Source: a virus
Taxonomy: Duplodnaviria > Caudoviricetes
Virus record (IMG/VR): IMGVR_UViG_3300020042_011576
Location: 1-41,227 of that record
DNA: 41,227 nucleotides
Strand: one strand, 5' to 3'
The notes beneath the pieces were generated by a model, which was given only the letters and a program-made list of their open reading frames with translations, made no database searches and was not told the DNA's origin. Every line of letters begins with the position of its first letter. The first letter of the stretch is position 1. Positions 19,414 through 28,838 of this stretch are shown here, piece by piece. The translations under genes were made by a program, and so were the position numbers.

Positions 19414-21099
19414 TTAGTATCCATTACCCCAAGCACTTCCTGTAGATGCTATTCCCATAGACATTAAAGTAATACTATTACCTAATGATGAACAAATAGT
19501 TCTAGTACCGTTAGATTCATTAATATTATTAAGATTTAAAGTATTACCAGACATAGCAGCATTTAATATTATGATTCCACCACCGGTACCATCTTTAATT
19601 TTAACTATTTCAACACATCTACCTGCAGAACTATTTAGAAAATTAGTTATGCTTAAATTTCCTTCTCCTACAACAGCGACACTAGTTGTATTATCTATTA
19701 TTAGTAATATATCATCATCACTTTGAATTGATGGTGTGGGAGAAGTATTATAATCGGCATTAGTTAATGTTAATGTTCTATATCTTCTAACTCTAGAACC
19801 ACTAGTAGTTAAAGTACTAGTTATATTTGTGGATCCTGTTATTTGAACTAAAGAGCCTGAGGCATATATTAGATTTGAACGAGAAGCAGCGCTAGTACCA
19901 TTTCCTACAATAAATGCGGATGCATTAGATGATGATCTATTAAAAGCACCCATCACATGTTGATAATTTCCATCTGCTACAGTTCCCCAACCTTCGGCGT
20001 GTGCATAGCTAGCATTATTTGATGATGTTGCATAATATCCTTCAGCATGAGAATAACTACCAATTGCTGTTGTGTTAAATCCTTCCGCGTGGGAATATTG
20101 ACCTCTAGCTACAGTAGTTAATCCTTCAGCATGACCACCAATACCCGTTGAAATTGTACCATATCCTTCAGTGTGGGAAAATGCTGCTTGAGCATATGTC
20201 CCTCCACCTTCAGAATGTGCATAATCTCCAGTAGCTTGAGTTGTAGTTCCTTCAGCATGTGAACCACTAGCAGAAGCAAGAGTTGAATATCCCTCAGCAT
20301 GAGAAAACCAACCAGTAGCACGAGTTTGAAATCCTTCAGCATGTGCATAATCTATTGAGGCCGATGTTTTAGAACCTTCAGCATGTGATCCTATCCCTTT
20401 TGCTACAGTTTGAGAACCTTCAGCATGTGAATAATCACCGGAGGCCTGGGTACTAAGACCTTCAGCATGAGATGAAATTCCTGAAGCGGTAGCTAGGTAA
20501 CCTTCAGTATGGGATGCAGGTCCAGAAGATAAAGTATCACGTCCTTCGGCATGAGACGCATCACCAGAAGCTACTGTAGTTAGTCCTTCAGAATGGGCAT
20601 AAAGACCGGTTGCTGCGGTGTTAAAACCTTGTTTAAGGGACTGTATATTATAATTCCATACAAGATTAGAATCTGCACCAAAAGTACTTCCACTATTATA
20701 TTGGATAAATTTATCTGAAGGAGCAACGTTATTTACACTACTACTAATGATAGTTTGGTTAATAGTACTATTGTTAATTGTATTATTTACTACACTACTA
20801 GTAATACTTTGAGTAACACTACTTGTATAAAAATTATTAACGGCAAATGTTGCGGATGATGTATAATAAACAAGTCCAGTAACAGTATCATAAGTTAATA
20901 CACTATTTTGTATTGGATTTGTTAAACCATTTATAGCTACGGAACCGGTTATAACTAATGATCCTGAAAGGGTAATGTCATAAGCATCAATTCCGGTAAA
21001 TGCATCTACAGATTGTGAAACGTGCCACGATTCAATGGGAAAATTTTGAACTACCTCATCTGTGGTAGGTATAAATATCTTTTTTAATACTTTTGCCAT
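19414..21099 (-). CDS. tail fibre/adhesin-like protein with 14-aa SHAEG repeats (YadA-head-like beta-roll)
   Basis: About 15 tandem repeats of the form A.G..[SA]H[AST]EG..T. Confidence 0.75.
   Translation of the reverse strand: MAKVLKKIFIPTTDEVVQNFPIESWHVSQSVDAFTGIDAYDITLSGSLVITGSVAINGLTNPIQNSVLTYDTVTGLVYYTSSATFAVNNFYTSSVTQSITSSVVNNTINNSTINQTIISSSVNNVAPSDKFIQYNSGSTFGADSNLVWNYNIQSLKQGFNTAATGLYAHSEGLTTVASGDASHAEGRDTLSSGPASHTEGYLATASGISSHAEGLSTQASGDYSHAEGSQTVAKGIGSHAEGSKTSASIDYAHAEGFQTRATGWFSHAEGYSTLASASGSHAEGTTTQATGDYAHSEGGGTYAQAAFSHTEGYGTISTGIGGHAEGLTTVARGQYSHAEGFNTTAIGSYSHAEGYYATSSNNASYAHAEGWGTVADGNYQHVMGAFNRSSSNASAFIVGNGTSAASRSNLIYASGSLVQITGSTNITSTLTTSGSRVRRYRTLTLTNADYNTSPTPSIQSDDDILLIIDNTTSVAVVGEGNLSITNFLNSSAGRCVEIVKIKDGTGGGIIILNAAMSGNTLNLNNINESNGTRTICSSLGNSITLMSMGIASTGSAWGNGY
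19950..20630 (-). repeat. degenerate 42-bp coding tandem repeat (SHAEG unit)
   Basis: ccttcagcatg recurs on the + strand at about 42-nt intervals. Confidence 0.8.
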
Positions 21100-21112
21100 T
21101 TAATATATTTTA

Positions 21113-21122
21113 TTATAAATAT
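21113..21122 (-). promoter_or_regulatory. putative late promoter motif ATATTTATAA
   Basis: 13 nt upstream of the ATG at 21099. Confidence 0.6.
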
Positions 21123-21132
21123 TGGCAGAGAA

Positions 21133-21687
21133 TTAAGGTTTATCTAGATTGTCTAAATTAGATTGAATTGCATTTTTATATATTTCGGGCATATCATATT
21201 TTTTCAGTTCTTTAAACAAAGAAAGTGACTCATCATATAACCCAATCCACCAAGCACACACCGCTTTTTCAAATAAAAATCCTAATTTGGTAGGATATTC
21301 TAAATCGGTTTGTGTTGAATATCCATCAATAGTAAATTCATGAGCGATAACAGATAATGTATATCCTTCTTGCCATTCTTGACTTCGTTCATAAATTCTA
21401 GCTAATAAAAAATATGCTTCAGGGCGTTTTGGAAAAATTGAAATTGCTCGTAGTAAAATACCTTTAAGAGTAAATACACGATTGCCTTGTTTTTCAAAAC
21501 ATAAAGCCATTCTACATAATGCCTCATATTGTTTATTCACATCATGACCAAATTCTACACTTCGTAGATAAAAACCAGCAGCAGATGCAGTTTGTCCTTG
21601 TTGTTCGTACTTCCATCCTAGATTAAAATTAATATTTTGATCTTTAGGATTTTTTATATAAAGTTGTAACCAATATTCTAGTGTCAT
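21133..21687 (-). CDS. tetratricopeptide repeat protein (likely start MTLEYWL at 21687, 184 aa)
   Basis: TPR-like helices (FNLGWKYEQQGQTASAAGFYLR; PKRPEAYFLLARIYE). The ATG at 21687 follows the upstream stop directly, which avoids a 53-nt overlap. Confidence 0.8.
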   Translation of the reverse strand: MTLEYWLQLYIKNPKDQNINFNLGWKYEQQGQTASAAGFYLRSVEFGHDVNKQYEALCRMALCFEKQGNRVFTLKGILLRAISIFPKRPEAYFLLARIYERSQEWQEGYTLSVIAHEFTIDGYSTQTDLEYPTKLGFLFEKAVCAWWIGLYDESLSLFKELKKYDMPEIYKNAIQSNLDNLDKP

Positions 21688-21688
21688 A

Positions 21689-24223
21689 TTATTTTTTATT
21701 ATCAGGTGATACAGCATTTTCACATCCTTGACATAAGGCAAAACATTGTAATGGTTTAGGGATTACATCTTCGTAATCTTGTTCAAATATATTTCCTAGT
21801 ATGTGTTTTAAACCATAATCCATACAACATAATGAAACGTCTCCATTAGGTAATACTACATTATGATACAAATCTTCAACACAACCACAAGTCATAGGTT
21901 TATCACCATGATCCATATGCTGGAATCTATCTTTATATTTTTCTAATTCAGGTTTGATGATTGCCTCACCCAATAAGTTACCTGCTCTAGACCAAAATGT
22001 AGGAACATGTACTTCAGGCCATAAATGTTTAACACTTTCATGTACCTCACCCATACACATAACATAAAAACCTTCTATGTGGTTTTCAAGTTCTTTGAAA
22101 CGCTCAAATACCTCTATTAATCGAGGAGTAATTGGATGTTTTGCAATACGTTCTTGATCTGGGATATGTAAGCAGAATCCACCATTTGGCCCATCAACAA
22201 ATTTAATATCTTTGATGCGTTCAACATCTTCTAAAGTCATACCTACACCTGTTGAAAATGCTGATATAGGGTGTCCTTGTTGGGAAGCATAGATAAGCAT
22301 ATCGGTGCAACGTTTGTTTAACCAAGGTTCAGTAAACCCAGAGAATGTAACACGTATTTCTTTTGGTAGTTTATCAATTACTTTTTTAAAGTTTTCAAAT
22401 GTCATTGTTTTATCTGCTTTATATACATTCAACAATGTTTTTTGAGGACAAAAAGCACAATCAATAACACATCCTTTTGGAGGGATCGATGTTGTAAACT
22501 CTAATGTAGGCCATTCTGTTAAACGCCAGTGTTCTTTTTTAGTTGGTTTACGATTGTCTATATAAAGTGTAATTTCACTATAATAATCTATAAAACTATC
22601 ATTCCACAAATCCCATTTAATATCAACACCATCCATTGAATATACTTCATATGTATGAAATTCTTTTAAATATGTGTCTCGGAATTTTCTAAATTTTTCT
22701 TTTAATTCAGGTTTAGACAAGTGCCATTCACCAACAATTTTCTTTACATTTTGTTTAATCCAAGATAATCGTTCGGGAATGAATATATCATATTCTCCAC
22801 CTTCACAATCAATTTTCATAAAATCAATATGTTCTACATTATATTCTTTTAGGAATGTATCAAAAGTAATTGAATCGGCTGTTGCACTTCGACCCCATGT
22901 TTCCTTTACATCGGAAAAATAAAGGCCTTTAAATTCTGTTTCACCATTTACACCTGTTATACCTTTATTAATTAAAGTAACATTTGAATGATGACCTATA
23001 TTTTCGGTCATAGTATCAAATAATGTTTTCTTTGGTTCAAAACAATATACGTGTTTAGGTTCTTTATGTAGTATAGAATATGTAAATGGACCCGCTGATG
23101 CTCCAATATCTAATACTATATCATCTTTATTAACGGGAAATAATGTTGTGTATATTTCTTGGGTAAATACTTCCTCAGTTACTGTTTCTTGGAACCATGG
23201 ACTATCTGCAATTTCTCCCCAATTGAATTTTTTATATGATTTTTCTTGTTCAATATAAGTATCAAAAAACGCTTGAGGCATTCTCAATATATAAGCGGCG
23301 TTATCTTGGAAGCCAAACGTTACTAATAAATCATCTTTAAATTCAGTTAAACCGCAGCAAAATTCAACTTCACCGTCCATAAAACTAAATGGTTCAGAAA
23401 TATGTTCAATATTCCAATCCATATCCCAAATTACAAAACGATGGGTGTATTTTCCGTCTTTTTGACCTAATTTATTTTTAAATAAATCAACTTCATGTAT
23501 AACACAAATACGTTTTCCTTTATATGGAATAACTTGTGAACTACCTCTCATATCCTGGTGTTCGCCGGTTCCTGGTTTTAGGATTCGTTGATAACATTCA
23601 AGGGTTTCAGGGTTTGCCTCTATTACCTCGGTTGGGTTTGTCCATTTTACCATATGATTAGGCATATCGGTAACAACCATCCAATTTTTTTCACAATAAG
23701 ATGATTGATCGTATGGATGTTTAATTCGGCTACGTTTTACTTCTCGAACTTTACCATCTTTTATTTCAAGTTCAGACATTTCCATTCTACCTTCACCATC
23801 AGAAGTTGTATCTCGTCTAACACCACAAATGTATAATTTGTTGTTCCAACGAACTAAACGTCCATCTTCTAAACCAACAAATTGCCAAATAGGAGGTACA
23901 TCTAATTTAGATGTATCGATTTGTGTGAATGATTTAACTTCTAAATTGTCAGTTACCTCACAAAAATAGTTTGTTGTGCGTAAATGTAAATCATTTTCTG
24001 GGTTTAGGTATGCTAATGGACCCCATCTATTGATATAAAGTTGTTCTCCTTCACAATGGTATAAAGTATAATTTACATGACGTAAGTTCATGATAAGTTT
24101 ACCATTATCGTTGTAAATGGAAGGATTCATTAATCCAGTACCATTTGTTTGGTCAGATGGAATAATAATTGGGTGGATTGAACCACCATTTTTTATAACC
24201 TGTTTAGTAAAGTTTGAATTCAT
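21689..24223 (-). CDS. three-domain fusion: glycoside-hydrolase-like beta-propeller + FkbM-family methyltransferase + radical SAM/SPASM(twitch)
   Basis: N-terminal NPSI, GLEDGRL, EKNW, VEFCCGL (GH130/GH43-like propeller); middle VLDIGASAG, FEP, KIDCEGGEY; C-terminal CVIDCAFC (CxxxCxxC), FSGFTEP, VLPNGDVSLCCMD..LGNI..CQGC. Confidence 0.85.
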   Translation of the reverse strand: MNSNFTKQVIKNGGSIHPIIIPSDQTNGTGLMNPSIYNDNGKLIMNLRHVNYTLYHCEGEQLYINRWGPLAYLNPENDLHLRTTNYFCEVTDNLEVKSFTQIDTSKLDVPPIWQFVGLEDGRLVRWNNKLYICGVRRDTTSDGEGRMEMSELEIKDGKVREVKRSRIKHPYDQSSYCEKNWMVVTDMPNHMVKWTNPTEVIEANPETLECYQRILKPGTGEHQDMRGSSQVIPYKGKRICVIHEVDLFKNKLGQKDGKYTHRFVIWDMDWNIEHISEPFSFMDGEVEFCCGLTEFKDDLLVTFGFQDNAAYILRMPQAFFDTYIEQEKSYKKFNWGEIADSPWFQETVTEEVFTQEIYTTLFPVNKDDIVLDIGASAGPFTYSILHKEPKHVYCFEPKKTLFDTMTENIGHHSNVTLINKGITGVNGETEFKGLYFSDVKETWGRSATADSITFDTFLKEYNVEHIDFMKIDCEGGEYDIFIPERLSWIKQNVKKIVGEWHLSKPELKEKFRKFRDTYLKEFHTYEVYSMDGVDIKWDLWNDSFIDYYSEITLYIDNRKPTKKEHWRLTEWPTLEFTTSIPPKGCVIDCAFCPQKTLLNVYKADKTMTFENFKKVIDKLPKEIRVTFSGFTEPWLNKRCTDMLIYASQQGHPISAFSTGVGMTLEDVERIKDIKFVDGPNGGFCLHIPDQERIAKHPITPRLIEVFERFKELENHIEGFYVMCMGEVHESVKHLWPEVHVPTFWSRAGNLLGEAIIKPELEKYKDRFQHMDHGDKPMTCGCVEDLYHNVVLPNGDVSLCCMDYGLKHILGNIFEQDYEDVIPKPLQCFALCQGCENAVSPDNKK

Positions 24224-24227
24224 ACGT

Positions 24228-24258
24228 TAAATGTATGAATAATATTTTAGGTATCCAA
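24228..24258 (-). promoter_or_regulatory. Bacteroidota-type promoter TTGG-N19-TACATTTA, 4 nt upstream of ATG
   Basis: Minus strand: TTGG atacctaaaatattattca TACATTTA acgt ATG. Confidence 0.65.
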
Positions 24259-24259
24259 G

Positions 24260-24613
24260 TTATCTAGGACAAGGACCAATATCATTTAATGTACCATTAA
24301 TGTAATCGGATAATGTTACTCCATCTGAGTAGAATCCGGGGAGTGCTTCTGTTATACCACATTGTCCAGAAACATACAAAACCTTGTTTGTAGAATCAAA
24401 ATCATAATTTTCAAATGTAGCGAAACATGCATATGAAGGGGGATTTCTTCTTCCATCTGAGTAGCCTAATGCTAGAGTGGTACAAGTTGGTGCACTACCT
24501 GGCCATCCTGGTAGGGAGTTTGTAGAAATACCTGCTATAGATGATATAGAGGTAGCTGCTACTCCTTTTATAGAGGATATATTTTCTACTGGGACTCCTG
24601 AGACTGTGGCCAT
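24260..24613 (-). CDS. small putative fibre-associated protein
   Basis: 117 aa; N-terminal ISSI.G repeats and a C-terminal domain with four Cys. Confidence 0.7.
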   Translation of the reverse strand: MATVSGVPVENISSIKGVAATSISSIAGISTNSLPGWPGSAPTCTTLALGYSDGRRNPPSYACFATFENYDFDSTNKVLYVSGQCGITEALPGFYSDGVTLSDYINGTLNDIGPCPR

Positions 24614-24622
24614 TAATTATGG

Positions 24623-25372
24623 TTATTCGATTATTTTAAGACCATCTATATATTGAGCTAAAGTATTCCAATTTTTTTGAATAGCAATTATTGAATTATA
24701 TTTGGCTCTTAATTCTGGGGTTAGTGTGGCATTGGAAAGATTTTGATATGCTTGGTATAAACCAATTAATGGTCCAATATTAAATTTCATAGATAAATCT
24801 TTTTCTATATTTGAAATATCGTTTTGAGCATATATTACATCTGTGGAAATTTTTTTCATAATTTCCATTTTTTGTTTAAGATTAGCAATTTCAGATTCTA
24901 TAGATAGTATATTATCTTTTAATTGTTCTCCATCATAATCATATTTTTTAGTATTCCAATCCATATCATTTTTAGCATCCTCCTCAGGAATTAAATAGAT
25001 ATAAATTATTTGTTCTTTACCATCTTTACTATTGTTTGTTTTAAGGATACCAACACTACTTCTTATATCATCATTTTCTACAGCTTTATTCCATTCAATC
25101 ATTAAAGATGATTCTGGGGAGATGTCAACACAGGGGATAAGTGTTCCATCTGAGTTGTAGTAGGATAACGATAATGAAACTTGAAAGTATCCTGTTTTAG
25201 ATTCTTGAATATTATTTAATATTTTATTTAATTCTTCTAAAGTTGAAGATATATCCTTTTGAAAAATTACATAAGGTTTATATAAATCAGTAATTGTGAT
25301 TTTTGCTCTTATTTTAGTTTTTGGAGTTATTCCGGTACTGTAATTTGGGTGAGATTCTATAATTAAATTCAT
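24623..25372 (-). CDS. hypothetical protein with C-terminal coiled coil
   Basis: 249-aa ORF co-oriented with its neighbours; no family recognised. Confidence 0.7.
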   Translation of the reverse strand: MNLIIESHPNYSTGITPKTKIRAKITITDLYKPYVIFQKDISSTLEELNKILNNIQESKTGYFQVSLSLSYYNSDGTLIPCVDISPESSLMIEWNKAVENDDIRSSVGILKTNNSKDGKEQIIYIYLIPEEDAKNDMDWNTKKYDYDGEQLKDNILSIESEIANLKQKMEIMKKISTDVIYAQNDISNIEKDLSMKFNIGPLIGLYQAYQNLSNATLTPELRAKYNSIIAIQKNWNTLAQYIDGLKIIE

Positions 25373-25400
25373 ATTTGTTTATTTTTAATTTAAGTTTTTA

Positions 25401-27224
25401 TTAAATAAGTACCCAATCATTTGATGGTCTAAATAGGATTAAGTAATAGGCTTCATCATTTGAGTATTTGTATGCATGTCCTAAAATTCTTACATATTGA
25501 CCAGAGCTAACAGGTGCTCCACTTTGCATAAATCCATTTATACTAACATTTCCATATAATGGAGAGGAATAATTATTCGCTGTAACATCTTGCAATCCTA
25601 CATATGGTTCATTATTTTTAGCATTATATCCAATAACATGTCCGTCTAATAAGAATTTACCATTACCCAAATATATTCCAAGCAGTCTAGTGGAACGGAT
25701 GTTGTTAAAATCAACTGTTTCCCATACACCTGAGGTGGCACGTAAAGCACATACATCTCCCACAGATGTTATATCTCCTTCAGCTCCTTCTATAACATGT
25801 CCAGACCACCATAAATATTCGGCATCTTTTGAAGACTCTATAACTCTAGATTGGGATTCCGCGGATACATAGAAATCGTTTTGATAGATGTTGGAAGTTG
25901 TTTTTGCGGTGTTTGGGTAATTACCTGCTGCCCAGTCTAATGCTATTTCAACGTCAGGAGTATGTAATCGTCTAAAACCCTCCCAACGCAATGCAGATAT
26001 TCCATTTTCATCGGTTAAGTTAAATTGGGGAGCATCAAAATTAAGTTGTATACCTTGTTGAGAACCACCCACACCAAAAGTAGTTTCCATGATATCAGTA
26101 TTACCTGAATTAATTCTCCAGAAACTATCTTGGAATGATGAAGAGTTTGATCTATATGGTATGTAATAATCTGTAGGGTTGATAGTTATCCCACCACCTC
26201 CACCTCCAGATATTCCTTGAATACCTTGAACACCTGTTGTTCCTTGTGTAGCGGTTCCAACTGCTCCTTGGGTTCCTGTTGTTCCTTGTGTAGCGGTTCC
26301 AACTGCTCCTTGGGTTCCGGTTGTTCCTTGAGTTGCGGTTCCAACTGCTCCTTGGGTTCCTGTTGTTCCTTGTGTAGCGGTTCCAACTGCTCCTTGGGTT
26401 CCTGTTGTTCCTTGAGTTGCGGTTCCAACTGCTCCTTGGGTTCCTGTTGTTCCTTGTGTAGCGGTTCCAACTGCTCCTTGGGTTCCTGTTGCTCCTTGGG
26501 TTCCAGTTCCTACAGCTCCTTGGGTACCTGTTATACCTTGGCGACCTTGAATACCTTGAGTACCTGTTGCTCCTTGCGCTCCTGTTCCAGTTGTTCCTTG
26601 TGTACCTGTTGCTCCTTGAGTACCAGTACCTGTTGTTCCTTGAGCACCTGTTGCTCCTTGAGTTCCGGTTCCAGTTGTTCCTTGGGCACCTGTTGCTCCT
26701 TGAGTTCCGGTTCCAGTTGTTCCTTGTGTACCTGTTGCTCCTTGAGTTCCGGTTCCAGTTGTTCCTTGTGTACCAGTAGCACCTTGTGTACCTTGTAAAC
26801 TTAAAGCTGTATTATATGCTAATTTTTTAGTAGTTGAATTAAATACTACAACATTTGTATCAGCTGCTGTACCTAAAGAAACCAATTTAACAGATCCACT
26901 TAATTGTAGATCACCACCTGAACCTGATACTACGATGGATTCAGCTCCATATTTTCCTATATTTACTGCATTGTCAGCGAATGCTTCAATTACAGGTAAA
27001 CCTGCAATTGTATTAACAGAGAATAATGAATTTGATAAGTCATCAGATACAGAAAATAACGTACCGTTATTTCCATTAACTGTAAGTATATCGGTTCTAC
27101 CAGTTGAACCAGAACCTTGTATAGTAAGAGAGCCAGAGGCTTCTTGTATTAAAGTTTGTATGTAATTTAATGAGCTAGTAAAGCTCATTATACTGGAACT
27201 GGGGGTTATTCTAATATCTGCCAT
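25401..27224 (-). CDS. collagen-like tail fibre/appendage protein
   Basis: 607 aa; central Gly-X-Y (GTQ/GAT/GTT) region; C-terminal G..VRILGHAY...FRPSNDW. Confidence 0.8.
   Translation of the reverse strand: MADIRITPSSSIMSFTSSLNYIQTLIQEASGSLTIQGSGSTGRTDILTVNGNNGTLFSVSDDLSNSLFSVNTIAGLPVIEAFADNAVNIGKYGAESIVVSGSGGDLQLSGSVKLVSLGTAADTNVVVFNSTTKKLAYNTALSLQGTQGATGTQGTTGTGTQGATGTQGTTGTGTQGATGAQGTTGTGTQGATGAQGTTGTGTQGATGTQGTTGTGAQGATGTQGIQGRQGITGTQGAVGTGTQGATGTQGAVGTATQGTTGTQGAVGTATQGTTGTQGAVGTATQGTTGTQGAVGTATQGTTGTQGAVGTATQGTTGTQGAVGTATQGTTGVQGIQGISGGGGGGITINPTDYYIPYRSNSSSFQDSFWRINSGNTDIMETTFGVGGSQQGIQLNFDAPQFNLTDENGISALRWEGFRRLHTPDVEIALDWAAGNYPNTAKTTSNIYQNDFYVSAESQSRVIESSKDAEYLWWSGHVIEGAEGDITSVGDVCALRATSGVWETVDFNNIRSTRLLGIYLGNGKFLLDGHVIGYNAKNNEPYVGLQDVTANNYSSPLYGNVSINGFMQSGAPVSSGQYVRILGHAYKYSNDEAYYLILFRPSNDWVLI
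26217..26797 (-). repeat. 42-bp coding tandem repeats ([14 protein letters not shown] and [14 protein letters not shown] units)
   Basis: Near-perfect 42-nt units, e.g. gcggttccaactgctccttgggttcc repeated six times at about 26250-26490. Confidence 0.9.
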
Positions 27225-27227
27225 GTC

Positions 27228-27563
27228 TTATTCTGTTGGTAATGGTTGTGTCCATTCTGGTGTTGCTAGTAAATCTAGCATTGGTTGATAATGGTATTCT
27301 GGGTATATAGGGGAATATATATCTGGTCTTCCATATGTTCCAGCCTCCACAATATAGGAACCAGTTTCATCAGTTTCTGCATTAACATAACTTGCTGTGT
27401 AACTTGCTGTTACTACAGTTACGTCATATTTTACAAACGTTTCCGTTTGATCTACACTATAACGTAATGTGGAGGGGCTAGCCTCTAGAACTTGGTTAAA
27501 GTTTATAGAACCTGTAAGGTTTGAAGGTAAAACCAACCATCTTCTATTTTCGAATGTATCCAT
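27228..27563 (-). CDS. small hypothetical protein next to the LamG cluster
   Basis: 111 aa; upstream motif variant ATATTTATCA at 27567-27576. Confidence 0.75.
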   Translation of the reverse strand: MDTFENRRWLVLPSNLTGSINFNQVLEASPSTLRYSVDQTETFVKYDVTVVTASYTASYVNAETDETGSYIVEAGTYGRPDIYSPIYPEYHYQPMLDLLATPEWTQPLPTE

Positions 27564-27575
27564 CTATGATAAATA

Positions 27576-28835
27576 TTATGATAAGTTAAAACGTGTTTTG
27601 TATTTGTTGTAGTTTTGTTTGACTTCTGATGAGGTAAGTGCTCTATTATATATTTTAGATATGTCTATGTTTCCTTGATATGGTTCATATCTTGCATCTC
27701 CAAATATCCCTATACATAATTGGCTTGGAGACATTCCAGCGTATGTCCATCCAGATACTGTCTGTTTTACTTCTCCATTAGCATATAAAACATAATTTCC
27801 AGAAGCATCAACAGTAGCCACTATATGGACATATTGATTAAGTGTAGGAATATATGTAGATTTATATTGATCACTCCCGTGTAATTGGATAGATCCGTCG
27901 TTAGTATGTTGATATAACATCCAATTATAAAGGCTATTGCTTCTATTTACTATTAAATCTTGGTATTGTCCTGCATTTCTTTGGGGTTTTATTACGCACT
28001 CTACTGTAATAGGATCTCCATTGCTTTTGTTGAATTGGGAAGTATTAATAATAATACCATCATCAGTTCCATCAAATGTCATTTGGGCATTTGAAGTAAA
28101 TGATACGTTAGATAAATCAATAGATGAATTTCCTACTATTGGTAATAGACCTTGAGTAGCAGAACGTGTTGTTCCTGAAGGGATGATTTCTCGTGGGGGT
28201 CTAATAGTATTTCCAGGTGATATACTTACTGCTGCTATTGATACTTTATCAGCAACATTATATTGATAATACCATAAACCAGTGTAACCTTTTGCAGCAG
28301 TTGGTTGAACTGTAAATGTATTCCAAGCATGATACCACCCATCTCCTAAAGATTCTTGTTGATTTGAATCAAATACACCATATTCTGTTAAATATCCTTC
28401 AGAACTGTTATATTCGTAATGGTACATGAAATTAGGACCTGTATATCCTGAAGTGCATTTATATATTATTTGGTATGAATATGTTTGACCTGGGGTCCAA
28501 ATGGAGCTCATCCATCCACCAGTGTAGTTGAATAAATTTGGGCAACATTGGTAATTACCATTACATCCATATCCACAATATGCATTGTTAATTTCAACAC
28601 TTTGTACAGTGGTAGGACCTAATGCAGGTATATTAACTACTTCGGTATATCCATTAGTTTCAAAAAACATACCACCACTATATGTTATTTTATCATAACC
28701 ATTATAGTTTCTACCAGCACCTGTTGTTATATTTGTACCAGGTTGTCCTTTATATGAATTAAAATTATCTCCTGTATCGTACATAAACGCCGAACCCGAT
28801 GTTACTACTTTTCCATATCCATTTGCTACTGCCAT
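27576..28835 (-). CDS. LamG/ConA-like lectin domain virion protein with carbohydrate-binding-like insert
   Basis: FDGTDD, YVHIVATVD, LYANG, YQGNI...KIYNRALTSSEVKQNYNKYKTRF. Confidence 0.8.
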   Translation of the reverse strand: MAVANGYGKVVTSGSAFMYDTGDNFNSYKGQPGTNITTGAGRNYNGYDKITYSGGMFFETNGYTEVVNIPALGPTTVQSVEINNAYCGYGCNGNYQCCPNLFNYTGGWMSSIWTPGQTYSYQIIYKCTSGYTGPNFMYHYEYNSSEGYLTEYGVFDSNQQESLGDGWYHAWNTFTVQPTAAKGYTGLWYYQYNVADKVSIAAVSISPGNTIRPPREIIPSGTTRSATQGLLPIVGNSSIDLSNVSFTSNAQMTFDGTDDGIIINTSQFNKSNGDPITVECVIKPQRNAGQYQDLIVNRSNSLYNWMLYQHTNDGSIQLHGSDQYKSTYIPTLNQYVHIVATVDASGNYVLYANGEVKQTVSGWTYAGMSPSQLCIGIFGDARYEPYQGNIDISKIYNRALTSSEVKQNYNKYKTRFNLS

Positions 28836-28838
28836 ATC

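Noticed and set aside
21688-21741. N-terminal 18 codons of the 202-aa TPR ORF
   Set aside because: They overlap the Cys-rich end of the upstream gene; the ATG at 21687 just after the stop is the more plausible start.
26250-26490. 42-bp repeats as a possible CRISPR array
   Set aside because: Units are directly tandem with no unique spacers, are in frame within a CDS, and vary mainly at synonymous positions; no cas genes.
26186-26798. Cys/Ser-rich, Leu-rich and EQQ-repeat ORFs in alternative frames
   Set aside because: They are shadows of the collagen-like repeat, which lacks stop codons in other frames; no independent start signals.
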